Below are positions 23,801-33,353 of a DNA stretch of 64,000 bases, in pieces; position 1 is the first letter of the stretch, and each line of letters begins with the position of its first letter. Source of the stretch: Guillardia theta CCMP2712 (taxonomy: Eukaryota > Protista > Cryptophyta); contig NW_005434628.1 of NCBI RefSeq assembly GCF_000315625.1, positions 269,569-333,568 of the forward strand. Direction: 5' to 3'. The notes below the pieces were generated by a model. That model was not told the DNA's origin. It searched no databases and saw only the letters and a program-made list of their open reading frames with translations. The translations under genes and the position numbers were made by a program.

Positions 23801-24285
23801 CCGCTACATCCCCCAGTCTTGTAATACCCACTAGGGCAGGATGAGCATGGGGAGCATACCGTATCATGCGTACCGCTGCATCCCCCAGTCTTGTAATACC
23901 CACTAGGACAGGTCGAGCATGTCGAGCACGCCGAGTCGCTTGTGTTGCTGCATCCCCCGCTCCTGTACTTCCCGCTGGGACAGGTCGAGCATGTCGAGCA
24001 TACCGTATCACTCGTACTGATACATCCCCCGCTCCTGTACTTTCCACTAGAACAAGTAGCGCATTTCAGGCAAGAATGGCTTGAAGAATCCCAGTAATAG
24101 TTGGAGTTGCAGTCACAGCCCGTGAAATGTCCTGGGTTGAGGGACTGACAAGAAACTTGATAGGAGTTCGGATCAACGCAAGACTGACAAGAAGACTCAG
24201 AGCTGCAAGCCTGTGAGATGGAGGTATCGCACTCCATCCCATAATCATACAGCAACACCAACATACACGCCTGCCCCCACTGCAT
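20860..24285 (-). CDS. Intronless 1141-aa Cys-rich surface protein: TNFR-like 24-aa repeats, then two F-type lectin (FTP/F5-8-like) domains each with a LamG/ConA-like insert, and GCC2/GCC3-like Cys modules
   Basis: Repeats CSTCSTCPSGKYRSGGCSNTSDS and CSNCSTCPSGKYISSACSNNSDTV; AxQTS..A.KA+D, YWQV.L, GQY+.+.K..L.+SEV.VYG motifs twice; inserts with GLIFEAG, YHIVAWQY, INLW+DG. Confidence 0.8.
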   Translation of the reverse strand: MQWGQACMLVLLYDYGMECDTSISQACSSESSCQSCVDPNSYQVSCQSLNPGHFTGCDCNSNYYWDSSSHSCLKCATCSSGKYRSGGCISTSDTVCSTCSTCPSGKYRSGGCSNTSDSACSTCSTCPSGYYKTGGCSGTHDTVCSPCSSCPSGYYKTGGCSGTSDSVCSPCTCSGNVYLSIGCSLSWTYSRTLLSDTGSVLSQWEERLYYNKQNQLLFVRYYFFIHADWSSSGGIDYSTYYDDNSSLAAYISTNSTAIYTDQILRFEKGNTMGTGFYWNSGPTYNVVGHAYSINVYIATWSNPVCSNCSTCPIGKYISSACSNNSDTVCAYCSTCPSGKYISSACSNNSDTVCSNCSTCSSGKDSTCSSICNAVNVMASVPCTMSCPNGSYSRYRYSINFARSCTAGACPAVQTSDASTSTGAAKAVDSYYNKADSIAETAIATDAYWQVNLTALNFVQEVHIFPDYLDYTLSESVFVFVSENSTVGSGHLCGKIESLTSPFDVKVKSYNPQGTFGFSAAIAQSWGASDMFFICKLFFQSNVQNGLIFEAGGSDAGTWLGIRDSSTRPVLRLRAGDGGTNITVGSGGTSTASCIDVHDFPSDDQYHIVAWQYIVSTRTINLWIDGALKGTSSTTEWNSAVTSWSGGDDATYILSCNSSITVGEATAGWPNHYASDLYQFSSFSDVPQLASIPRLGNIEEIIRCDYLGQYVTIQKPGRARLGLSEVAVYGGCVSCADNGVTTQESPDIMAPCSLPCAAGSWSPSGNAFDLPRVCSAGACPSTQTSTASPGTGPDKAIDGYFNSPQSIAVTSSVADLYWQVDLQSMQLVQEVRIYPDYLDYTNTENVNVYLSNSTVLGSGRLCGTIGTIILPLDAYVTSFSPSSRYGFSSAISQSYGTSDQFFICRVLFPTNITDGLIFEAGATYTGTWIGVRDSSTTPVFRFRAGNGSTSIPVGGSIIGAACIDLYTFPADGLYHIVAWQYIISTGTINLWLDGVLAGTASCGQFTGGSAFGANDGTYMYASTAVNVGEPSTGWPKQYASDLYRFNSSTYVPELSSFTQTSNPHISMNCSDVGQYIRLEKAGTGVLGVSEVAVYGGCVKCAVNATTLQSGSTSISDCGSIAQTYTDANVNQSCINYAMSLYQ
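23182..23375. repeat. 72-bp coding tandem repeat (x~2.7); a related 72-bp series (x~4) lies at ~23775-24065
   Basis: Near-identical nucleotide units GCATGTCGAGCAGT..GCATACTGTATCGCTGTTGTTGCTGCAGGCGCTGCTGATGTACTTGCCG. Confidence 0.9.
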
Positions 24286-24399
24286 ATCGCTCCCGGGTCG
24301 CCGAGTTTTGAAATGTATGCCTTAAAATTCCAAAATAAAAGCAACAATGAATTATTACGAGTCACGGTTTCAATTCATGGTTGTTTTCAATGAACTTGA

Positions 24400-24850
24400 A
24401 AGAGGGGCCAGGTGGGCTTGTGGGACTACTGGCAGCCACCCACCCCCCTTCTTAGGTTCGGCCTTTTGTACGAGTTTGTGCCACTCGAGGGCGGGTGGCC
24501 CTCGGAAGTTAAGAATCAACTTTTGACGTTCTCTTTGACTTCCGGGGTGCTGCGATCCGCCGGGAGGCCCGGGTGCCAGTACCGTCCGACACTCCGGGGT
24601 GACTGCGAAGGCGGCCCGGGGCCCGGGGGGCGGTGTAGCAGGCCCTCACTTACTCTGTGAGGGGATTGGACCAGTTCTTTTCAAAGGCTTGTTACAGTGC
24701 GCCCGGACCCACTGCCCATTTCGACCCACTGACTTACTAGTTAGTCAGGCTCCCCGTGTATTACTGAGGGGCAGTGGGCCGGCCCGGGGTCACCCGGTTT
24801 AGGCACGGCTACTGCCGCTCCCTCCATGATCCCCCGGGTACTGAGTACCT
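24400..24850. other. Mixed ACCCC / CG-palindrome intergenic module upstream of the 1141-aa gene
   Basis: GGCCCGGGGCCCGG, GGCCGGCCCGGGGTCACCCGG, CCCGGGTAC words. Confidence 0.6.
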
Positions 24851-25540
24851 CCGCCGAGCGGTTCAAACTGGATGTGAACTTCGGAAATGCGCGGCCAGTC
24901 GGTGGCACTGAGCGGACACCGTGTTTCGCGGCTTCTGAGAAAATGTCTCGAGATGTTTTCGAAGCCTGAGGACTCCGGGACTCCCGGGAGGATCCGAGTG
25001 AGTCTGTCATCGGCGTCCCGAGAGTCCAAGGTGCGTGACTTCGACTTATTATATCACTGCCCCCGGAAACCCGGTGGCATACAAAAAACAACAAATTACT
25101 TCCGAAGTTCAATGTATATTCATTCGTGTGAAACATGGTACTACGGCTTCTGGCGGGCGGATTTGACAAAACAAGTGCAAGGTTTACTCGAGCCTGCAGC
25201 AGGCATTTCATAGGTCCGCCTCAGACATTTGGGTTTGTCTAAAAAACTTGACCGCCGAATGCGGAAGCAGCAGGAAGGAGGAAACAGAACGAGAGAGAGA
25301 TTAGAAAACAAGTCACCCGAAAGATAATCGTATCAAGGATATAATCTGCCTCAAGGAATATCATCTTCTCGAGGATATCATCGTCTTATCAAGGATATCA
25401 TAATCGTTTCAACTCAAAGCACATCCCCTGCTGAGCAGGATAAGCGCAAATGATTGTTAAGATGTCCTCACGACAGCAGGGCGATCTCGTCATCCACAGC
25501 AACATCTTGAAGCCTAGAGAACAGTAACCAAAACAAAAAC

Positions 25541-27216
25541 ATGATGACAAGGACGGTGATCACAGCGTACCATGGGCTCATCCCCACCTGCCTCCCTCCT
25601 CTCCTTCTCCTGCACTTGATGCATGCTCGAGGTACGCGGTTCCCGCAGACTAGACCGTATCACACTGACCCCTTGCTCTCAGCTCTGGGCCCCTCCGACC
25701 GCGACGCTGGAAGCTGCAGAGAGCTGGAGAGGAGGGGCCTGACCCAGCTGGACGCGGCAGAGACTGAGAGATGGCTGCGGTGCCACCATGTCGGGGAGGA
25801 GGCGGTCCAGGCCATGGGAGGAAGCAACGTGACGGGAGCAGAGCTCGTGGTAGGAGAGGACGCGGAGAGGCAGGAGGACTCTAAGCTGTATGATCGCTCC
25901 AGGGGATGTCGAGGAGCGAGCTGGGAGAGGTGATGGGGATGAGCGCGGTGAGCTGGCGGCAGCGAGGGGGAGCTGGAAGATGAGGTGGCGGCAGGTGCAG
26001 GCGTGGAGGCTGAGGAAGCTAGCGATGCAAGGTGAGCGCGAGGCAGGGGAGGAGCAGGTGAGGCGGAGGCTTGAGGATGGAACAGATCTTGAAAGCGATG
26101 ACATGCAAGGAGCAGGGGAGGTCTTGGGTGAAGTGCGAGCAGCACCAAGGGATCAACAGCTGCTTATCCCATCGTGTCTGCCTGGACGTGACGGCGAGAA
26201 CGTTGGAGTACTTCGGCAGCAGCTCGCACGAAGCGTCTTTCGAAACCTATATCGCAGCCAAGTATCCTCCTTACTCGACTAACGAGGATGTGCTGCATGT
26301 GGAGCGATCGCCTGGGGAATGCGAGGGCTGTGAGTTCTTGCCCGGGACGTTCGCACTGGTAGGAAGGTACTACCCGCCCAACAGAGCACACGTGCTGGGA
26401 GATGAGGTGTGGGCGCTGTTCCAGGCGTTGAGCATCTGGGGGATGGAGGAGGAGTACAGGGAGGTACAGATCGTCCTGTGGGAGGAGGGGCGCAACGCGG
26501 ATGTGTTCGAGCTCGTCAACCCCCGGCCCGTGTGGACGACAGGGACGCTACTCAACGAGCACGGGAACTATGTCTGCATGGAGTCGCTTGTCTTCGGGCT
26601 CGCGCACCTCGGGTACGCTTTAGGGCATGCGTGCGAGCTGGGGCGGAGCTTGCGGTGCCGGCCCGCGTACCTAGCTCCTTTCCAGCAGAACGTGGTGCGG
26701 TTTCGACGACTGGCTCTGGAGCTGCACTCGATCCGGGAGAAGATGCCGCCTCAGCGCGCTCAGGTGGTGGTGATGCGCAAGGGCAGGAGGGCCCTCAACT
26801 CCATCCGCATCGTCAACACGGAGGAGGTGGCGGCGGCACTCGGAGAGCTGGAGGTGACGGTGCTGTCAGCGGACTGGTCGACGATGAGGAGCAAGGAGCA
26901 GCTGGCGGTGATGTCGGGGACCGACGTGCTCTTCTCCCTGCCCGGCAGCGACGTCATGAACGCCATCTGGATGCCGTTGGACCGCTCGCTCGTCACGCCC
27001 TGCCGCATCTTCGCCGACGGAGCGGTGGAGCATGGGAACGAGGCGGAGATCTGGTTCGGGTACCTGCACAACGTGACGCGATGGTGCGACTTCAACAGGA
27101 CGCGCGACGTGACGTCGTACAAGCAGTCGAGCTACATGACCGTGCCGGTGGACGTGATGAGGAGGCTGGTCGAGGAGCAGCTGAGGAGGCTGAGAGAGAA
27201 GGGATACGTGCAGTGA
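25541..27216 (+). CDS. Glycosyltransferase family 61-like (DUF563-like) protein with N-terminal hydrophobic leader and SAM-like domain
   Basis: Main exon in ORF 26071-27216: N.AH.LGD..W.LF, R.GRR..IVN.EEV, M.SKEQL.VM..TDVL.SLPGS..MNA.WMP (GT61 C-terminal pattern, with the HGAG motif as PGSD). Upstream exons are joined by ~50-nt GT-AG introns. Confidence 0.7.
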
Positions 27217-27464
27217 AGGTGTTATGCTGCTGAAAGTGAAGAAAGCACAGGTTCAAGTTAGCGGTGCTGATACTGGTCTCAGCTTGCAAATCTCTTAGTC
27301 AAGGTTGTCCCAAATATTCATCAGCGCTCGTAAAGGTATTTAACACTTCATTGATGCAATACTCTCCTCGCCGCGTATCCCAGTCTTCCCCTCCTATACA
27401 TGAAAGCTTCGTGCATTCTGATATTCATATCTGTGCTCCTCGCATGTTACCGCTGTCCTCCGGC

Positions 27465-28106
27465 TCACCTTTTACACCTCAAACACGGTACTGCTGCCCT
27501 CGCCTTGGCTCCCTCCTTCCTCCTCTCCATATTCCCGGGACTGGGACACGACGAGGTCCTCCGAAACATGCCCCCCTCCTCTCTCCCTGCGTCCGAGGAG
27601 CCGGAGCTGCCGTGCTCGGTTTGGATGACGTTGGCGTAGAAGCGGCTCCTGCTCGACAGCCTCCTCTTCCCTCCCGCAACACTCGTGCTAGCGCTGCTGG
27701 TGCTGATCGGAGTGCGGCCGAAGCTGGGAGGCCTCGCGAAGCCGTCGGTGCACGCATGCAGAGACAGGGAGAAGCGGTGTTGCTTGAAGCCCTCGCTGTT
27801 CAGATGCTTCGCGTGGAACCGGCTCCCACTTGACCACGTGTGATGAAAGGAGTGATGCGAGTCTGCAGATACATCACTTCTCCTCCTGCTCCTCGAAATA
27901 TCAACTGTGTCGCTCCCTCCCTCGTCTGACTTTGCTCGAGCTGCTCTCCGCTCCCGGGTTACGGCGTTGGTGGTGTGGGGTTGGAAGAAGATGGCGCAGA
28001 GGGCTTGGAAGGGGGATAGGAGGACGCAGAGGCAGGTGGAGAGGAGGTGGACGAGGAGGAGCGGGGGGGACTTGGGTGAGGACGTAGCTGAGGGAGTATG
28101 TGACAT
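27465..28106 (-). pseudogene. Hypothetical gene or relic; a ~150-bp segment (27562-27715) has a direct paralogue at ~28722-28875
   Basis: CGAAACATG..GAGCCGGAGCTGCCGTGCTCGGT..GACGTTGGCGTAGAAGCGGCTCC..CGTGCTAGCGCTGCTGGTGCTG appears in both places; downstream frames contain stops. Confidence 0.4.
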
Positions 28107-28942
28107 CTGCTGATGTTGGGCGTCGAAGTAGAGAGGGGAGCAGGATGTAGGGCTTCAAGTTAGCTGCGGATTCATGTAAACCCCGCCCCCCCCTCAAAGT
28201 ACCATTCCTTTGGGTACATAAACGATGACCGCCTCCATTCTTTGAAGTGAAACCATCACTCAGTCAGGAGCTTCACAAGCCTGCCAGGTTCGAACTAACT
28301 TCCTAGACGCATAACATTCACCGGGGCACTTCTGACAGGTCAAGACATCTTTGACTTCAAGTTCTCGGCCATGATAGCTAGCATTGGAGCTGATCGGCTC
28401 TCGGAATGTGTCTTGACTCTACCGTCTAACTGAAGAGCCCTCGTCCCTACCCTCTAAACGGGTCTCAGATATTTCATCTCGTCCAGCACCAAGCGCTTGA
28501 CTCGAGGCCTTCTCAAACTCGCTGCGAGTAGACAACTGGGTGTTGGTGAAGAAAAAACTTGCCAATCGCTTTCACCAGACCGATTGAAAGTATCAAATGA
28601 ATGTTGGAAGTATTCAAATGAAGTTCAAATGAAGACTCGTATACTCTCCAAGACAGAGTGCAACATGTTTTGATGAGTTGTATGGTACTGCGAGAACATT
28701 CCACTGATCCTTCATTGACCCCGAAACATGTCTCCTCCTCTCTCCCTGCCTCCCAAGAGCCGGAGCTGCCGTGCTCGGTCCGCACGACGTTGGCGTAGAA
28801 GCGGCTCCCGCTCGACAGCCTCCCCTCCCCCCACGCAACGTTCGTGCTAGCGCTGCTGGTGCTGCTCGGAGTGCTCCTCCTTGAGCTGGGGGAGGAGGTG
28901 GCTTGGGAGGCGATGCAGGAAGAAGGGAGGGAGACTGGGCGG

Positions 28943-29610
28943 CGCTTTCAAGATCGGTTCCATCCTCAAGCCTCCGCCTCACCTGCTCCTCCCCCCTCCA
29001 CGCCTGCACCTGCCGCCACCTCATCTTCCAGCTCCCCCTCGCTGCCGCCAGCTCACCGCGCTCATCCCCATCACCTCTACCAGCTCGCTCCTCGACATCC
29101 CCTGGAGCGATCATACAGCTTAGAGTCCTCCTGCCTCTCCGCGTCCTCTCCCACCACGAGCTCTGCTCCCGTCACGTTGCTTCCTCCTATGGCCTGGACC
29201 GCCTCCTCCCCGACATGGTGGCACCGCAGCCATCTCTCAATCTCTGCCGCGTCCAGCTGGGCCAGGCCCCTCCTCTCCAGCTCTCTGCAGCTTCCAGCGT
29301 CGCGGTCGGAGGGGCCCAGAGCTGAGAGCAAGGGGTCAGTGTGATACGGTCTAGTCTGCGGGAACCGCGTACCTCGAGCATGCATCAAGTGCAGGAGAAG
29401 GAGAGGAGGGAGGCAGGTGGGGCTGAGCCCATGGTACGCTGTGATCACCGTCCTTGTCATCATGTTTTTGTTTTGGTTACTGTTCTCTAGGCTTCAAGAT
29501 GTTGCTGTCGATGACGAGATCGCCCTGCTGTCGTGAGGACATCTTAACAATCATTTGCGCTTATCCTGCTCAGCAGGATTATTACAAGATGATGATATCC
29601 TTGATAAGAT
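28943..29610 (-). pseudogene. Inverted partial duplicate of the promoter and 5' exons of the GT61-like gene (25385-26098)
   Basis: ORF 29077-29463(-) differs from 25541-25933(+) at 4 residues plus an earlier stop; ~35-bp internal deletion; copy ends before the catalytic exon. Confidence 0.9.
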
Positions 29611-29641
29611 CGCGCGCCGGGTCACGGCGGGGCCGCGACTA

Positions 29642-30611
29642 GAAACTCTCATCAGCCTTATTAGGAACTTTCATCAGCCTTATTAGGAACTCTCATCAGT
29701 CTTATTAGGAACTCTCATCAGTCTTATTAGGAACTTTCATCAGTCTCATTAGGAACTCTCATCAGTCTTATTAGGAACTCTCATCAGCCTTATTAGGAAC
29801 TTTCATCAGTCTTCTTAGGAACTTTCATCAGTCTTATTAGGAACTTTCATCAGTCTCTCATTAGGAACTTTCATCAGTCTTATTAGGAACTTTCATCAGC
29901 CTTATTAGGAACTTTCATCAGTCTCTCATTAGGAACTTTCATCAGTCTTATTAGGAACTTTCATCAGCCTTATTAGGAACTCTCATCAGCCTTATTAGGA
30001 ACTTTCATCAGCCTTATTAGGAACTCTCATCAGCCTTATTAGGAACTCTCATCAGCCTTATTAGGAACTCTCATCAGCCTTATTAGGAACTTTCATCAGC
30101 CTTATTAGGAACTCTCATCAGTCTTATTAGGAACTCTCATCAGTCTTATTAGGAACTCTCATCAGCCTTATTAGGAACTCTCATCAGCCTCTCATTAGGA
30201 ACTTTCATCATCAGTCTTATTAGGAACTCTCATCAGCCTTATTAGGAACTCTCATCAGTCTTATTAGGAACTCTCATCAGTCTTATTAGGAACTCTCATC
30301 AGCCTTATTAGGAACTCTCATCAGCCTTATTAGGAACTTTCATCAGTCTCTCATTAGGAACTTTCATCAGTCTTATTAGGAACTTTCATCAGCCTTATTA
30401 GGAACTTTCATCAGTCTCATTAGGAACTTTCATCAGTCTTATTAGGAACTCTCATCAGTCTTATTAGGAACTTTCATCAGTCTTATTAGGAACTTTCATC
30501 AGTCTTATTAGGAACTCTCATCAGTCTTATTAGGAACTTTCATCAGTCTTATTAGGAACTTTCATCAGTCTTATTAGGAACTTTCATCAGCCTTATTAGG
30601 AACTTTCATCA
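29642..30611. repeat. 22-bp tandem array, consensus TCATCAGYCTTATTAGGAACTY, ~44 copies
   Basis: Directly visible; two C/T variable positions and a few length variants (TCTCATT, TCTCTCATT); no spacers. Confidence 0.97.
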
Positions 30612-30995
30612 TCCGTTATTTCACGGACGTTACTGCAATACTACCGTCAGGACAAATTCAAATTGACCCCACCCTATCAAGTGCTTTTCCTCCTGACCCT
30701 ACCCCCTTTTCTTGAGGTGTACCCCTATCTGAATGTTATTTTTCTCTTAGATTTACGGGTACAAGCAGTGATTGTTTGTTGACTACCGGTACTATCATTC
30801 CTGGAGCCCCTCCTTCTTCCTTCACCTCGTCGTGTACAGCTTTGCCTTGTCCTGTTCCCCTGTCAGTCGTCCTCGAGCCCTCACTCGTACGACATCACGG
30901 CCTTCCAGGCGTCTTCTTCATCCTCTTTTGCTGACTGACATCTCCGTCGCTGCTCCATCTTCTACACTGACCCTCTTTGACTAACGAGCAAGGAT

Positions 30996-32900
30996 ATGGT
31001 AGCTGCCGACGATTTCAGCCCCTTGCACCCCTCCCATGATTGCAGGAGGAGGTCTCGGGGGCCCCGACCCATGTCCTCTTCTCACTTTCCTGCATGGACT
31101 TCGTCCAGCACGGTGACTCCTGCTGAAGATTCGAAGAACAAGAACAAAGATTACATCGCTCTGGGAGCATTGGCTGCTGTTTTGTTAGTGATCGCTGCTT
31201 TTGCAATGTCGTCAGGCTCCAAACCTGCTATTTCCATGGATGCAGACACGCACAAACTGGTTTCAGACATGAATAAGAGGTTCGAGGAAATGAAGACCAT
31301 GTACAATGAGAATGTTGGACTGTTGAAAACTGCAAAGCAGAATGGCCAAGTGATTGACAAAAACTTCGACGAGGCTCTTTCCGGTATCAAGTCGACGATG
31401 GCAAAGACCGAAGAGTCTATGAAGAAGATCTCTGAGAGCCAAAGAAACTTCGAATCAGTTAAAACAGAGTTGTCAAGCGACATTCAGAAGCTTAGGAAGT
31501 ACATGCTTGATCAAATTGAGGAACAGAAAAAGTCCTCCGAGGCAAAGACCGCGGACCTTGAAAAATCACTCTCGAAGCTGAGAGAGAAGGCAGAGAAGAT
31601 GCTGTCAGACGCTGAGAGCCTCAACTCTCGTCTCCTTCAATCCCTGGAAACTGCCAAGACCGAGATCGACTCCAAGATGCAGAAGGAAGTGAATTCCTTA
31701 CTTGCCACGGAGCGCAAGGCTATCGAGAAGAAGATATCGGAGGCTTCTCAGAGCATGTTGGTTGCTGCTAAGTCCGAGATCTTGGCTATGGCCATCAGCA
31801 AGATGAACGAGGAGCTGAATGAGAAGATCAAGCAAGCAGTGGCGCAGCTTGTCAAGCAGAGGCAGAGCGACGACCTTGAGAAACAGATCAAGCACGTTCT
31901 TCGCGCACTGTTCCAGGAGAGAATCGGCAGGATTGACTGGCTCTTGGAGGTCAATGGAGCCAGCATCACCAACCATTCGGAGACCTTTCCTGCATGCAAG
32001 AACACCAGTGTTTTCAGCTACTTGAAGTGCTCGACGTCGCAACAGGTTGCAAGCGAAACTTTTGCTTCACTGTTTGTTGACGGTAACCTGCGACAGCTGA
32101 ACCCCAAGACTTTCATCCACTCGGATGTGGCTGGCTTATCCATGTTAGCCTCCTGCTCCACCTCTGCTCGTCTCACGTCCTGTTTCAGGATCGACTCCCC
32201 GAGCATGATGCTCGGCAACTGCTGGGCCATGAGCGGGTCGCAAGGTGAGAGCGAGGGGAGGAGCGCGAGGATCGAAGACGTGACGGCCTCTCTAGGGTTC
32301 GTTGAGATCCGCCTGTCGAAGCTGCTTCGCGTCACCGAGGCTGTGATCCAGGTAGGCGGAGAGTAAACATTGGTGCTGCCCTGACGTACCCGATGCAGCA
32401 CATCCCCAAGAGGATATCGCCCGACATTCGCAGCGCTCCTAGAGGCTTCCGCATCCTCGGCTCGCTCTCCGGCGCGGAAACTGAGGAGGGATCGTTCAAG
32501 GTCTTGGTTGAGGGAGAGTATGAGGTGCTCCTCGATCCCCATCCTCCTCATCCCTCTGTCGTGCCCACCCTCCTCCTCCTCTCAAGCGTCGGTCATCATT
32601 TGGTGATTGAGAATGACTGGGCAACAGGTTCGGGAAGATGCTTCTGAGGAGGAGCTGTTGCCTCATGTTCAGACCTTCGCTGTCAAGAACTCGGTTTGTC
32701 TGTCTTCCTCTTTCCAACTTCCTGACTTCATACGGCAGCCCCTCGTTGATACCATCCGCTACGAGATCTTATCAAACCAGGGGAAGCAAGAGGTGATGTT
32801 CTCCTGCTGTGCATACCAGCAATGACGATGATGGCAGTTCACATGCTTGTATCACATGCGCCTCCATGGAGAGGAGGCAACGCCTATGGTGTCGTCGTGA
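30996..32900 (+). CDS. SUN-domain (Sad1/UNC-84) nuclear envelope protein: TM helix, coiled coil, C-terminal SUN domain
   Basis: TM YIALGALAAVLLVIAAFAM; IDWLLEVNGASI, GNCWAMSGSQG, FVEIRLS, HIPKRISPDIRSAPRGF, VQTFAV, ILSNQG, FTCLYHMRLHG. Confidence 0.9.
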
Positions 32901-33353
32901 TGGCTGTAATCTAGTTGCGTGTGTGAGAGTTGAGAGTGAAGATATTGACACCCGACCCTTGAGGTCTGAAATAACTTGACGTGTCTACCTGCGTCATGCT
33001 CCTCCTTCTGTTTTATTCTCCTCACACTCCTCGACACTCCCCACCTCCCGTTCCCATCCAGTAGAGTGACTGAAGGTACAAGAATAGAACATCAATAATT
33101 TTAATCCTCTACATGGCAACTTGGTTTCTACCTTGTACGAGTCTCTAACGCACCGTCCCTGCTTCTAACTTGTTTCTTCTCTCTTCTCTCTCAGCTCCTT
33201 CCCTCCCTTCCCTCCTCTCCCCCCCTGCTCCCTTGGTGCGTCGGTTTCTTCCGTTGCGACTGTCCGCAAGGTCATCAACGGACCTCCTCCAGAGGTCCGG
33301 ACGGGGAGAGCCGAGGGGAGGGCGAGCGATGGGGTAGGAGGGAGGAGGAGGCG

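Noticed and set aside
25385-29610. DNA transposon with 700-bp terminal inverted repeats
   Set aside because: The arms are host promoter and exon sequence; no transposase and no target-site duplication found
29642-30611. CRISPR array
   Set aside because: Units are contiguous with no unique spacers, there are no cas genes, and the context is eukaryotic
29642-30611. Tandem hammerhead ribozymes (minus strand has CUGAUGA and GAAA)
   Set aside because: The required stems I and III cannot form in cis; the complement of GUUCC exists only on the opposite strand, and stem II is poor
29642-30611. FRT-like recombinase sites (TAGGAACTT) or telomeric repeat (TTAGG)
   Set aside because: Only 9-bp and 5-bp matches, no inverted arm-spacer-arm layout, no G-rich strand, and no recombinase nearby
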